NCBI GenBank assembly: GCA_963826525.1
Contig: CAWGXH010000004.1
Location: 512,001-576,000 of the forward strand
Source of the DNA: an uncultured Methanomicrobiaceae archaeon
GTDB taxonomy: Archaea; Halobacteriota; Methanomicrobia; Methanomicrobiales; Methanoculleaceae
DNA: 64,000 bases
Reading direction: 5' to 3'
Position 1 is the stretch's first letter; each line of letters begins with the position of its first letter. Below are positions 13,022 to 23,589 of the stretch, one piece after another. The translations under genes were made by a program, and so were the position numbers. Under the pieces are notes generated by a model that was not told the origin of the DNA, did not search any database, and saw only the letters and a list, made by a program, of their open reading frames with translations.

Positions 13022-13168
13022 ATGAATGGAAAGACATTCGCGTACCTCGCCGACCGGGCTAAAGAGCACTCCACCGTTACCCGCAAGAGCCAGATGCACA
13101 AGATAAGCTACATGACCAGCACCGGACAGAAGGTCTCTCTCATGACCATCCCGAGGGGCTACCCTTAA
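13022..13168 (+). CDS. Putative 48-aa small protein
   Basis: ATG 13022 to TAA 13168 (MNGKTFAYLADRAKEH...IPRGYP), about 25 nt after a CTTATAT box at 12994-13000. No recognised homology. Confidence 0.4.
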   Translation: MNGKTFAYLADRAKEHSTVTRKSQMHKISYMTSTGQKVSLMTIPRGYP

Positions 13169-13209
13169 ACACTCCCGGTGCATACTGCCCCGGGAAGGGG
13201 TCGTGGGGG

Positions 13210-14112
13210 ATGAGAAAAAAAGGCGTCCGGGAAAGGAATGCAAAAGAGCAGGTCAGAAAAGGGACGAAAGCGGCAAACCTGTCGCTGCATGCGTCCAACC
13301 CGGAGGCTATCGAAGCGTACGAGAACACGATCATCTGCGGAGACGCCGCACGGGTTCTCCCGGCGATACCCGACCGGAGCATCGACATCATCATCACCTC
13401 GCCGCCGTACAACTTCGGCCACCACTACGCAGGCGACCTTGCCACCGATACGCGGGAATGGAACGATTACTTCGCCGGGCTCAATGCAATCTGGACCGAG
13501 TCGTATCGCATTCTGAAACCCGGCGGGCGGATTGCGGTCAACATCCAGCCCCTCTTCTCGGATTACATCCCGACGCACCACATGATCTCCCGGCAGCTCG
13601 CAGAGCTCGGGTTCCTCTGGAAGGCGGAGGTGCTCTGGGAGAAGCACAACTACAACGCCCGGTACACGGCATGGGGCAGCTGGAAATCCCCCTCGATGCC
13701 GTACCTGAAGTATACCTGGGAGTACATCGAGATCTTCGATAAAGAGACCCACAAAAAGACCGGCCAGCGGGAGGATATCGATATCACGGGGCCTGAGTTC
13801 AAGGAGTGGGTCAACGCCCGCTGGTCGTTCCCGCCGGAGACCCGGATGCGGGACTACCGCCATCCGGCAATGTTCCCCGAAGAGCTGCCGCGGCGGCTGA
13901 TAAAACTCTTCTCCTACCGGGGAGATGTGGTCCTCGATCCCTTCAATGGAGCAGGAACGACGACATCCGTCGCATACGGTCTCGGAAGGCGGTTCATCGG
14001 CATCGATATCTCCGACGAGTACTGCTCGACCGCGATGAAGCGGCATTTGAAACTCCGGGACGGGAAGAAGCCCCGTTTCGTCCACTGGGACAAGGGAGTT
14101 ACCGGGGCGTGA
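13210..14112 (+). CDS. Site-specific DNA methyltransferase, beta class (N4-cytosine/N6-adenine), orphan
   Basis: Catalytic TSPPY precedes HPAMFP and the SAM-binding DPFNGAGTT; no endonuclease adjacent. Confidence 0.92.
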   Translation: MRKKGVRERNAKEQVRKGTKAANLSLHASNPEAIEAYENTIICGDAARVLPAIPDRSIDIIITSPPYNFGHHYAGDLATDTREWNDYFAGLNAIWTESYRILKPGGRIAVNIQPLFSDYIPTHHMISRQLAELGFLWKAEVLWEKHNYNARYTAWGSWKSPSMPYLKYTWEYIEIFDKETHKKTGQREDIDITGPEFKEWVNARWSFPPETRMRDYRHPAMFPEELPRRLIKLFSYRGDVVLDPFNGAGTTTSVAYGLGRRFIGIDISDEYCSTAMKRHLKLRDGKKPRFVHWDKGVTGA

Positions 14113-15250
14113 GGGCTTCGGAGAGATGCTCCTCGACGAACCGGTACGTGCCGGGCCGGTCGTAAGCATGCAGAACGATCCGGTTGTATATCCCGGCAGA
14201 CGCTTTCGATTCTTCGACCATGCGGCTGTATTCGTCGACGTTGCGGTTGTACTCGCCCACGAGAGCATTGTACCCGGGGACGAGGGCATCATAGCCCTGA
14301 TAATCCGCGAAAGCGTCCAGCCGGTCCATCTCTGCCCGAAGTTCCGAAAGCCTGGCATCGGTCTCCTGGAGTTCCGCCTGCCGGGCGTCGATGAGCGGTG
14401 CGAGAGCCAGAACGCGTGCATGCGAGAGATCGCGAGCACTCAGGATCGCCAGAATCTCGGTGCAGTTCCCGTACGCGGTCGTGCCGTTCCCCACCGGGAT
14501 CACGGTCGGAATCGAGGTGAGCGCTGTTCCTCCATCGAGTTCACCCGGCGAAATCCCGACGAAACTCGTATTCGTAGCCTCGATGTACGCATACGGCGAG
14601 GCATTGAAGAGGCAACCGGTGCTGTTCACCCCGACCGCCATGTGTTTTTCCGCCTCGAAGTAGAAGAGTGCCGTCCCGTAGCCTTCCCGTGCGAGCAGTG
14701 CCGCGAGGAGGAGACTTTTATCGTCGCAGTCGCCCTTCCCGTCGACGAACGTCTCTATCGGAAACTTCGGTTCGACCAGAAGGTCGTCGCTCTCGTAGGG
14801 GATCGACTGGACGAAGACCGCGAGCAGCTCGAGGTAGCGGTCGGAGTCGAGTCCCTCCCGTTCCCGGATCGCTCGTGTCTCGGTAAGAAGTGCGGTATAG
14901 AACGGCTCCTGGTCGGCATCGTCGATGAATGCCCGGTAGTAGAGGGGCAGCCACTCCTCCCGTGAAAAGTTCTCGTAGAGATAGATCGCCTTGTCGGCCT
15001 GCTTCGCTCCGCCGTAGACGGCGGGATCGACCGTAGCCCGGACGGTCTCGGTACCCTGCTCGAAGGGGAACGTATACAGAGTCTCGCCGTCGAGCGTATA
15101 CCCCTCCACCGGCACGATCTCCGGGGGCACCACCGCAGGGTGGGAGAGGGCACCGAGGCAGCCGGAGAGACCGAGCACTCCTGCGAGGACAAGGAGGGAG
15201 CAGAGCAGAACCAGAACCATCCCGAACCGGGCTGCCTGTCTCCCGGTCAT
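14099..15250 (-). CDS. Putative lipoprotein with transglutaminase-like domain and coiled-coil tail
   Basis: Signal with LGLSGC lipobox; FVQSIPY, GDCDDKSLLL, HMAVGV and YIEAT suggest a Cys-His-acid triad. Confidence 0.7.
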   Translation of the reverse strand: MTGRQAARFGMVLVLLCSLLVLAGVLGLSGCLGALSHPAVVPPEIVPVEGYTLDGETLYTFPFEQGTETVRATVDPAVYGGAKQADKAIYLYENFSREEWLPLYYRAFIDDADQEPFYTALLTETRAIREREGLDSDRYLELLAVFVQSIPYESDDLLVEPKFPIETFVDGKGDCDDKSLLLAALLAREGYGTALFYFEAEKHMAVGVNSTGCLFNASPYAYIEATNTSFVGISPGELDGGTALTSIPTVIPVGNGTTAYGNCTEILAILSARDLSHARVLALAPLIDARQAELQETDARLSELRAEMDRLDAFADYQGYDALVPGYNALVGEYNRNVDEYSRMVEESKASAGIYNRIVLHAYDRPGTYRFVEEHLSEALTPR

Positions 15251-16017
15251 CGGAGATACTCCGGAAGGGCGGCCAGCGACTCGATGACGAGATCGGGGAC
15301 GACGCCCGAACGCCTGACAGCGCCTTCGCGGTACTTGCCGGTCTTCACGAGGATCCCGAGAAGTCCTGCCGCCTGCGCGCCGCCGACATCGGTGCGGATA
15401 TCGTCGCCGATCATCGCCGCCTCACCGGGGGTGACCCCCATCTCGCGGAGGGCGAGCGCAAAGAACGCTTCCGACGGCTTTCCCATCACCTCGGCCCTGA
15501 CGCCGGCGGCATACTCGAGGCCTGCGACGAACGGGCCTGCAGAGAGCATCAGGCCGTCGCCGCCCATCCAGTAGCGGTCCTTCTCGAGCGCCAGCAGCTC
15601 GGCGCCGTCCGTCAGCAGGCGGAAGGCCGTGTTCATCCGGTCGTAGGTGAAGTTCTCACCGGCATCGCCGACGATGACGACGTCCACATCCTCCTCGGTG
15701 ATGCAGATCCCTTCCTGCTCGAAGTCTTCGCGAATATCCCCGGTGGTAAGCAGGAAGCACCGGCTCTGCCCCTTCTCACGCATCCGGGAGACGGCGGCCA
15801 CCGGCGAGGTGACGATCAGGTCGGCAGGGATAGTGTATCCAAGCCCGGCGAGCCGCCCGGCAATGGAGCGGCGCGACCGCCGGGTGGTATTCGAGACGAA
15901 CCGGAACGGCGTTCCCTGCTCCTCGAGGAACGCGAGGGTCTCCCGTGCCCCCGTGACCGGGGAGTCGCCGACGTAGAGCACCCCGTCGATATCGATGAGA
16001 AACGCTTCTGCCTCCAT
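15247..16017 (-). CDS. HAD-superfamily subfamily IIA hydrolase
   Basis: DIDGVL, GKPS, GDDIRTDV and TGKY motifs. Confidence 0.92.
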   Translation of the reverse strand: MEAEAFLIDIDGVLYVGDSPVTGARETLAFLEEQGTPFRFVSNTTRRSRRSIAGRLAGLGYTIPADLIVTSPVAAVSRMREKGQSRCFLLTTGDIREDFEQEGICITEEDVDVVIVGDAGENFTYDRMNTAFRLLTDGAELLALEKDRYWMGGDGLMLSAGPFVAGLEYAAGVRAEVMGKPSEAFFALALREMGVTPGEAAMIGDDIRTDVGGAQAAGLLGILVKTGKYREGAVRRSGVVPDLVIESLAALPEYLR

Positions 16018-16020
16018 AGA

Positions 16021-16710
16021 TCAGTCCCGTTCCTGCAGGAAGAGCGTGACGAGGTCCCTGCAGAGTTGCCCGCTCTCGTCCAGGTACCGGGGCGTGTCGG
16101 CACGGATCCGCCGGCGCTCCCTCTCATCGAGGGTCTCTGTCCAGGTCTCGATGATCTCCGCTGTCACCTCCATGTGGAACTGAACGCCGAGTGCGGTTTT
16201 CAGCGTGTAGAGCTGGTTTGGGACGTCGCTCCCCCAGGCGAGCACCTCAGCGCCGTCCGGGAGATCGAACGTCTCGGTATGCCAGTGAAAGACCTTCGGG
16301 CGGTCGGGGCGGTCGGGCAGCAGATCGCTCCTGACAATGTCGATGTCGCACCAGCCCCGCTCGGGTATCCCGGGGAAGACCCGCTGCCCGAACGCGCTCG
16401 CGATCAGCTGGGCGCCGAGGCAGATCCCGAGCACCGGAGCTCCTGCCCGGATACTGCGCCGGATCAGTTCCTTCTCGCCTTTCAGGAACGGGTACTCCCG
16501 CTCGTCGTTGACGCTCATCTGCCCGCCGAGAAATATCAGGGGAGATGCACCGACGGGCGGGATCGGCGCGCCTTCGTAGAGGCGGACGATCCGGTACTCG
16601 AGATCCCGTTCGGACAGTATCTGTTCAAGCAGGCCCGCGGGTTCTGTCTCCCCGTGCTGGAAGATTGTGATCACTGCTACTCCCTCGGAAATCAACACCT
16701 TACTACGCAC
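16021..16710 (-). CDS. Class I glutamine amidotransferase-like protein
   Basis: GICLGAQL nucleophile elbow and QFHME. Confidence 0.9.
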   Translation of the reverse strand: MRSKVLISEGVAVITIFQHGETEPAGLLEQILSERDLEYRIVRLYEGAPIPPVGASPLIFLGGQMSVNDEREYPFLKGEKELIRRSIRAGAPVLGICLGAQLIASAFGQRVFPGIPERGWCDIDIVRSDLLPDRPDRPKVFHWHTETFDLPDGAEVLAWGSDVPNQLYTLKTALGVQFHMEVTAEIIETWTETLDERERRRIRADTPRYLDESGQLCRDLVTLFLQERD

Positions 16711-16894
16711 CCCTGGTATTTATGCGCGATCCGGCAGGCGGAAGGACGGGTGCCGTAACCCGCAGTACGGCTTTCACTTTCGCTGCCCGGAGACCTGCTT
16801 CATATAGATTCTCCGGCCAACGTGATCTCCATATACATGACCGGCATCTTCGACCACCTCGGCAGGGAGTGGCGTCACCGCGTCGGGAGCCTCC

Positions 16895-17918
16895 GTGAGT
16901 ACCGAGGTTCGGGAGGACGGGGATCTCACCGGCACGAGCGTCTCCGATGCATACCTCTTCCACTCGGACTACGACCACGCACGGCGGTTGAAGCACCGGC
17001 TCCTTGAGACCTACCGGAATGTCCCGCTCGATACCATATTTTGCGGCAGAGAGGAGCGGAACGATGCCGGTGCCTGCTACGCCGTCGAGTCTTCAGCAGC
17101 GCTCGTGATGAAGGGAGCCGACCGGGAGCTGGCAACCGCAGCGATACTCTCGGATCTGACGCTGGTCCGCGGGATCGGGGAACGCACAGCGGTGCGGCTC
17201 CGGCAGAGGGGGTACCGGACGATCGCCGATCTTACCCGGCACCCGAGGTACGGAAGCGACGCCGACCACCTGCTCCGGCAGGTCTCCTCCGGGACGACCG
17301 CCGACCTCATGCAGTCTATCGGGAGGCGGCACCAGGTCTCGCACCCACTGGTGCTCGCGACGAGCCGGTTCCACGACCCCGAGGAGTTCGTCTTCCTCGA
17401 TATCGAGACCATGGGGCTCTTCTCCCGGCCGATCATTCTCTTCGGCCTCGCGGATATCAGCGGTTCAGCGATCACCGTCAGCCAGTACCTGCTCCGCGGG
17501 ATCGATGAAGAGGAGGCGGCACTCTGCGCGACACTCGAGCACCTCTCCAGAGAGGACGCGTGCCTGGTCACCTTCAACGGGAAGGCCTTCGATCTGCCGT
17601 ACGTCAGAGACCGGCTCGCCTACTACGGTATCGCCGCGGACTTCGGCATGCCGCACTTCGACGCCCTCCACTTCTCGCGGCGGTGCTGGAAGAAGAAGCT
17701 CGCGAGCTGCCGGCTGACGGCGCTCGAGAAGGCGAGTCTTCGGGGTTGAGCGGAGCGACGACGTTCCGAGCGCTATGGTGCCCGAGTTCTACGAGACCTA
17801 CCTTCGGACGGGGAATGCCGGCCCGCTCGTGCCGGTGGTGGAGCACAACCGGCAGGACCTGATCTCGCTCGCCCGCCTCTTCGTCCACCTCCGGGAGGAG
17901 TGGGATGGCAGTAACTGA
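16895..17918 (+). CDS. RNase H-like (DEDD) exonuclease with HhH motif, MrfB/YprB-like (frameshift near 17730)
   Basis: LVRGIGERTA HhH; FLDIETMG, TFNGKAFDLPY and, after the shift, DDVPSAMVPEFY...HNRQDL. Confidence 0.8.
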
Positions 17919-20192
17919 CCTTCTCCGCCTGCTCGCACAGGCTCCGAAGTATCGGAGCCGGATCGCCCATATCGAAGAGATCCCACCGCGTTCGCCGAAG
18001 TACGGCACCCTCTCCCGTCCCCTCCCCGGGGAGCTTCTGAGTTACCTTGCAGAGAAGCATATCCGGCTCTATACCCCCCAATGCGAGGCAATCGAGCGGA
18101 TCCGAAACGGCGAGCACCTCGTCATCACCACCCCCACCGCAAGCGGGAAGACCCTCGCCTTTACCCTGCCCATCCTCGAGCAGGCTCGCTAGGGACCCGG
18201 GAGCGACCGCCCTCTACCTCTACCCCACGAAGGCGCTTGCGAACGACCAGTACGGATCGCTCCGGGAGATAGAGCAGTATACAGGCATTTCCACGAACAC
18301 CGCCATCTACGACGGCGACACGCCGCAGGGACGACGGGCGGCGATCCGAGAGCGCTCCCGTATCGTCATCAGCAATCCCTACGAGCTGCACCAGATTCTC
18401 CCCTGGCACAGCAAGTGGAGCAGATTCTATAGAGGCCTCCGGTTCATCGTCATCGACGAGGCGCATCGCTACCGTGGTGTCTTCGGCGCACAGGTTGCCG
18501 GCGTCCTGCGAAGGCTTCTCCGGATCTGCAGGCATTACGGTTCGGAGCCGCAGTTCGTCCTCTCGACGGCGACGATTGCAAACCCCGTCGAGTTCGCCGG
18601 GGCGCTGACCGGCGTCTCGGCTTCCCCGATCAGCGAGGACGGATCGCCGGCGGGCAGGAAGACCTTCGTCCTCTACAATCCCTATGCAGAGGGGATCGGG
18701 GATCGCTCCACTCACCAGGAGACGAGCGATCTCTTCACCGAGGCGCTCAGGCAGGACTGCCGGACTATCTGCTTCACGGCCTCGCGGCGGACGGCGGAGC
18801 TCGTCGCCCGGTGGTCGCAGGAGGCGCTCGGCGAGGAACGGGCGCACACTATCGCCTCCTACCGTGCAGGCTACCTCCCGGAGGAGCGCCGGGAGATCGA
18901 AAGGGCGTTGAAGCGCGGGGATCTCACCGGGGTGGTCTCGACGAACGCCCTCGAACTCGGGATCGACATCGGTTCGCTCGACGGGGCGATCCTCTCCGGG
19001 TATCCCGGGACGATGATGTCGGTCTGGCAACAGGCAGGGCGGGCCGGCAGGCGTGGCGGCGATGCGTTTGCCGTCATGGTCGCCTTCGCCGATCCTCTCA
19101 ACCAGTACTTCATGCGCCACCCGGCGGCGTTCTTTGCAAAGCCGCACGAACACGCCGTGCTTGACCCTGATAACCCGTTCATTCTGGCCGGGCACCTGCT
19201 CTGTGCGGCGGCGGAGCTGCCGCTCGATATCGACCGGGACAGAACCTTCTTCGGGGAGGGGATCGCAGCGGTGACGGCGGCGCTCGAGCAGCAGCATCTC
19301 CTGACCGGGACGCGCCGTGGCCTGGTCTATGCGGGGCGGGGGAGAGCAACCGAGGCGGTCGGCCTCGACGGCAGCTCGTCCGATACCTTCAGGATTCTCC
19401 ACAATGGGCGGCTCCTCGAGACGATGAACCGGGCGCAGGCGTACCGGGAGGCGCATCCCGGTGCCGTCCTGCTCCACCGCGGCGAGACGTATACTGTCGT
19501 CGCCATGGACATCGACGAGCGGGTCGTCCGCGTCCGGGAGACGGAGGATGACTGCTACACCCAGCCGTCCGTCCGTACCGACGTCGCGATCACGGTGGAG
19601 CGGAAGCGGCAAGAGATCGGGGATCTCGTCCTCTCGTTCGGGGAGGTGGAGGTCTCGGAGGAGGTGGCGGGGTATACCGTCCGGCGACGGGGCAGCGTCG
19701 TCGAGAGCAGATCGCTCGATCTCCCGCCGATCCAATTTCCCACGAAGGCACTCTGGTTCACCGTTCCGGAGGCTCTCACGGGCGCCGTCGTCCGGGCAGG
19801 AGGGGATCTTGCCGGCGGTCTCCACGGCGCCGAACATGCGTTGATAGCGGCGATGCCCTACCACGTCGTCTGCGACCGGCGGGATATCGGCGGGATCTCG
19901 ACCCCGTTCCACCCGGCCACCGGCGAGGCCACGATCGTCGTCTACGACGGGTGCGCCGGCGGCATCGGGCTTGCGGAGAAGGCGTACCATCTCCTCGCCC
20001 CGTGGGTTTCGATGACCGCCGCTCTTGTCCGGGACTGCCCCTGTGAGACAGGGTGTCCTGCCTGCATCTACTCCCCGAAATGCGGAAACGGCAATCAGCC
20101 GCTCGACAAACAGGCGTGCCGCCTGCTGCTCGACGGGATGGTCAGGGTCCCTCGCTCCGGCGGAGGGCGAGGCGGCATCGCACGACCGATAG
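17905..20192 (+). CDS. DEAH-box helicase with DUF1998 Cys4 domain (MrfA/Hrq1/SftH family; frameshifts near 18184 and about 20150)
   Basis: TPTASGKT, YPTKALAND, DEAH, QQAGRAGR, HGAEHAL and CPCETGCPAC motifs. The 3' end is approximate. Confidence 0.9.
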
Positions 20193-20228
20193 CCTCAAAA
20201 ATCATCCACGCCTATCCGGCAGGCAACG

Positions 20229-20772
20229 GTGAATCCGATGAGCATTGTTCTGGTGCCGATGGAGAAGCTCGAGCCCGATATTCTCCCGGAATTCCGCGAG
20301 GGGCTTCGCCGGATCTTCCGGCAGGAGGTGGGGATCGGAAAGCGGGTGAACCTTCCCGGCAGTGCGAAGAACGATGCCCGGGGACAGTACGAGGCCGAGA
20401 CGGTGCTTGAGGCACTCTCGCTCTCGGGCGAAGGGACCGGCTACGACCGGCTGCTCGGAATCACCGGTGCGGATCTGTACGTCCCCGGATTAAACTTCGT
20501 CTTCGGCCTTGCCAAACGGAGGACTGCAGTAATATCACTCCACCGACTCCGCCAGCCCTTCTACCATCTCCCCGAAGACCGCGAGGTCTTCTCCCACAGG
20601 GTGCTCGTCGAGGCGGTGCACGAACTCGGGCATACCTACGGCCTCTCCCACTGCAGCGACCCTGCTTGCGTGATGTACTTCTCCCAGACCATCGCCGATA
20701 CCGACCGGAAAGGCCCTACGTTCTGTGCAGCCTGCCACCCGGAGATCCAGGACGGACACACCCCGGCGATGA
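20229..20772 (+). CDS. amzA: Archaemetzincin (M54 zinc metalloprotease)
   Basis: LNFVFGLA and HELGHTYGLSHC...CVM...FCAAC. In frame with the NTPase as given. Confidence 0.88.
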
Positions 20773-21311
20773 TGCAGAACCTCCTGATCACCGGAAAGCC
20801 CGGGGCGGGCAAGACGACGCTCGTCCGGAGGATCGTCGAAGACCTGAGCGAATATCGTCCGGTTGGGTTTTACACGCAGGAGGTCAGGGAAGCGGGAAGG
20901 AGAGTCGGGTTCGAGCTGGTGAGCCTCGACGGCAGGCTGCGGGTGCTCGCCCACACCGGGATAGAGAGCCCTCACCAGGTGGGGAAGTACGGCGTGGATG
21001 TCGAGGGGTTCGAGGAGTTCCTCGCCGCGATACCCTTCACCGGCCGGGAGGCGGATCTCATCGTCATCGACGAGATCGGGAAGATGGAGTGGTTCTCATA
21101 CAGGTTCCGGGAGATTGTCCGGGAGGCTCTCGACGCCGCGACGCCCTGCCTGGCAACGATCGCACTGCACGGGGGGAGAGAGATCGAGGCTCTCCGGCTC
21201 CGGCAGGACGTGCGGGTAGTCGAGATCACCCGGGAGAACCGGGGCGAACTCCTTCCCACGCTCGGGGAAGACCTGCGGCGGATGGTTGCGGCGGCACCTG
21301 AGAGGGCATGA
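20772..21311 (+). CDS. Nucleoside triphosphatase (THEP1/NTPase_1 family)
   Basis: ITGKPGAGKTT, GFYTQEVR, VGKY and VIDEIGKME motifs. Confidence 0.9.
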   Translation: MQNLLITGKPGAGKTTLVRRIVEDLSEYRPVGFYTQEVREAGRRVGFELVSLDGRLRVLAHTGIESPHQVGKYGVDVEGFEEFLAAIPFTGREADLIVIDEIGKMEWFSYRFREIVREALDAATPCLATIALHGGREIEALRLRQDVRVVEITRENRGELLPTLGEDLRRMVAAAPERA

Positions 21312-21723
21312 AGAAACGTGCCGAATAATCGGCGTTGTGCACACATATTTTCCAGAAGATGCGGGAATCGCGAAATAAACCGCAATACAGGAATATAATA
21401 TATAAAAACTCATAAAAAACGCAATTCCCATTTTAAGCAAAAAATACTGGCTTAAATAAAATTTAAAACAAAATATGGCAATTTGACACACCGGAAAGTT
21501 TATTTCGCCGACAATCCAACGTAGACTTTCGCCCCCATATATTATTTTTAGTCACTCCGGAGCAGAGGGAAAACACGCCCGGACTCTTCATCTCTATTCG
21601 CCGTCTGGTACTCGATCGTTCCCGCACATACAGAATCCATTCTGAAAGGCTCCGATACTCGGGTTTCCATCAACGGATGAGCAATAGGAGGTATCCGGCC
21701 GCCTGTAGGCAGATACCCCGCGA

Positions 21724-21930
21724 TCATTCGAGGTCGGCCTCCTCGAATATGAAGAGGTCATCGATCGTCGTCCCGAGTTCGCAGGCGACCTTGTAGGCGA
21801 GCTTGAGGGAGGGGTTGTACTTCCCCTTCTCGAGAAAGACGATCGTCTCCCGCCGGACACCGGCACGTTTCGCGAGGTCCTCCTGGGTGAGCCCGAGTTT
21901 CGCCCGGAACTCCTTGATTCTGGTCTGCAT
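21724..21930 (-). CDS. Xre/Cro-family HTH transcriptional regulator
   Basis: 68 aa; [32 protein letters not shown]. Confidence 0.93.
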   Translation of the reverse strand: MQTRIKEFRAKLGLTQEDLAKRAGVRRETIVFLEKGKYNPSLKLAYKVACELGTTIDDLFIFEEADLE

Positions 21931-21964
21931 CAGATCACCTCTGAACGCCGGCGACCGGAGTGAG

Positions 21965-22372
21965 TCATGCCACGTCCCCCTGCCGGTTCAGCCAGTACAG
22001 TGCAGCCGAAGCAGTAACACCGAGCGCAAAGAAGGTCAGGGTAAAAGCATCTCTCCCGCTCATCCCGAAAACTCCGGTGTAATCGAGAAAGAGCATGAGA
22101 GCAGCAAGGAGAAACGACGCCTGCCACGAGTACGCGTATGCCGCCCGGCGAATCCGGCGATCCCGCTCGTCCTCCTCTACCGGCGGTCGGTTCTTTCGGA
22201 ACGTGAAGGCCTGCACGCCCGCAACCACACCAAGAGCAACTCCCGCAACGATGAGGTAGAGCGGGCCTGGCGCCGTCATGCCGGAGAAGAGCAGGAGCAT
22301 ACCGGCTGCGAGCAGGACAAGACCGAAGGTCAGGAAGAGCCAGGCCTCCGCCTGACCCGGCCGGCCGCTCAT
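21965..22372 (-). CDS. DUF2178-like membrane protein
   Basis: Four hydrophobic segments, DERDRRI...AYSW motif, ends GDVA. Confidence 0.75.
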   Translation of the reverse strand: MSGRPGQAEAWLFLTFGLVLLAAGMLLLFSGMTAPGPLYLIVAGVALGVVAGVQAFTFRKNRPPVEEDERDRRIRRAAYAYSWQASFLLAALMLFLDYTGVFGMSGRDAFTLTFFALGVTASAALYWLNRQGDVA

Positions 22373-22758
22373 GCCACGTCACCCTTTCGGAAGAGGAACC
22401 ACTGGAAGACCCGTGCGGAGAGGATCATGCCGAAGAGCAGGACGGCGAGCACGCCCTGAAGGCTGAGGGCCGCGAGGTCGAGGAAATCCACCCAGAAGAA
22501 GACCATGATCAGCACCAGGGTGAGGAGCCAGGAGTAGGTGATGCCGTAGGCGCCGATCTTCTTCGTCCGCTCATCAGCCCGCACCTCACCGCGGTAGCGA
22601 ACGGTGGTGATCATCGTCACGATCAGTATGGCGATACCTGCCGAGATGAGAGCCGTCAAAGCCGGGCCTTCGGCAGCAATGCCGGTAACCGGAAGGACGA
22701 TGCCTGCAAGAACGAGCAAGAGCCCGAGGATTAGTACTAGGGTGTTTTTCCACTGCAT
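22369..22758 (-). CDS. DUF2178-like membrane protein (paralog)
   Basis: DERTKKI...YSW motif, four TM segments, ends GDVA like its neighbour. Confidence 0.75.
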   Translation of the reverse strand: MQWKNTLVLILGLLLVLAGIVLPVTGIAAEGPALTALISAGIAILIVTMITTVRYRGEVRADERTKKIGAYGITYSWLLTLVLIMVFFWVDFLDLAALSLQGVLAVLLFGMILSARVFQWFLFRKGDVA

Positions 22759-22773
22759 CTCTGATCACTCATT

Positions 22774-22831
22774 GTGAGTTATTTCTAACACTACGTTAGA
22801 AATGTATAACTCAATGTTATATAATTCTAAC
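22774..22831. promoter_or_regulatory. Three phased 16-bp palindromic boxes (putative Xre operator array over the promoter)
   Basis: GTGAGTTATTTCTAAC (22774-22789), GTTAGAAATGTATAAC (22795-22810) and GTTATATAATTCTAAC (22816-22831), each separated by 5 bp. Confidence 0.7.
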
Positions 22832-22883
22832 TCCTCGGTCGGGATAGGGTCAACCAAGCGGACAACGGGAAAATGGGGAGAAT

Positions 22884-23589
22884 TCAGGGTATCGTCCTGA
22901 CGATCTTCTCTTTAGAGAGGAAATTGGCAAGGTAATTCGTCACCGCGAGCAGCACGCCGCCGATGAGAATCGTCCCGCCGACCTGCACCCAGCCGACTGC
23001 AATCCCCGTCTCGAAGACCGCCTGCAGGAAGAAGAGCAGGAAGAAGAGTCCGCCGAAGACAACGAAGTTGATGATCTGGTTCTCACGCAGCCCGAAGAGG
23101 AACTGGACAAAGCCCAGCAGGCCTACCGCCGAGGCCATGAAGAGCGGCACGGCGACCAGGAGGTGGAGAAGCGCCGGGGCTGAGGGGAGGAGAAGCGCCC
23201 CCGCCGGGACGTTCGCCACGCCGATGAGCACGCCGACCCCGACGAGCGTGATCGCATAGGCCGGGACGGTCACGCCGATCACCTTCCCGAGCCAGATCTC
23301 ACGGAGCGAGAGCGGCGTAACGAGGAGGGTCGCGATGATCCCCTCCTGCTTCTCCCGGAGGAAGACCTGCCCGGAGAGGATGTAGGCGATGAAGATACCG
23401 ATGACGAGCCCCAGGTAAAAGACGCCGGTATCGAGAGCGCCTGCCGCCGACTCCCCGCCGAGCACGGCGACGGCAGGCCCGCTCATTCCCCCGAACCAGG
23501 CGGCGAAGAAGAGCGCGACGAGGAGCGAGACTCTTTGTCCCGAGGATCTGCCGCATCTCTTTCCTTGCCACGATAAGGGTTCCGTTCAT
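22884..23589 (-). CDS. ABC-2 type transporter permease (frameshift near 23530)
   Basis: IVARKEMRQIL start; EKQEGIIATLLVTPLS...LGKVIG motif. Confidence 0.85.

Noticed and set aside
18161-19990. Long antisense ORFs (609 aa here; also 1005-2219, 13165-14439, 27137-28432, 61518-62723)
   Set aside because: Shadow frames of high-GC coding genes with no recognisable motifs.
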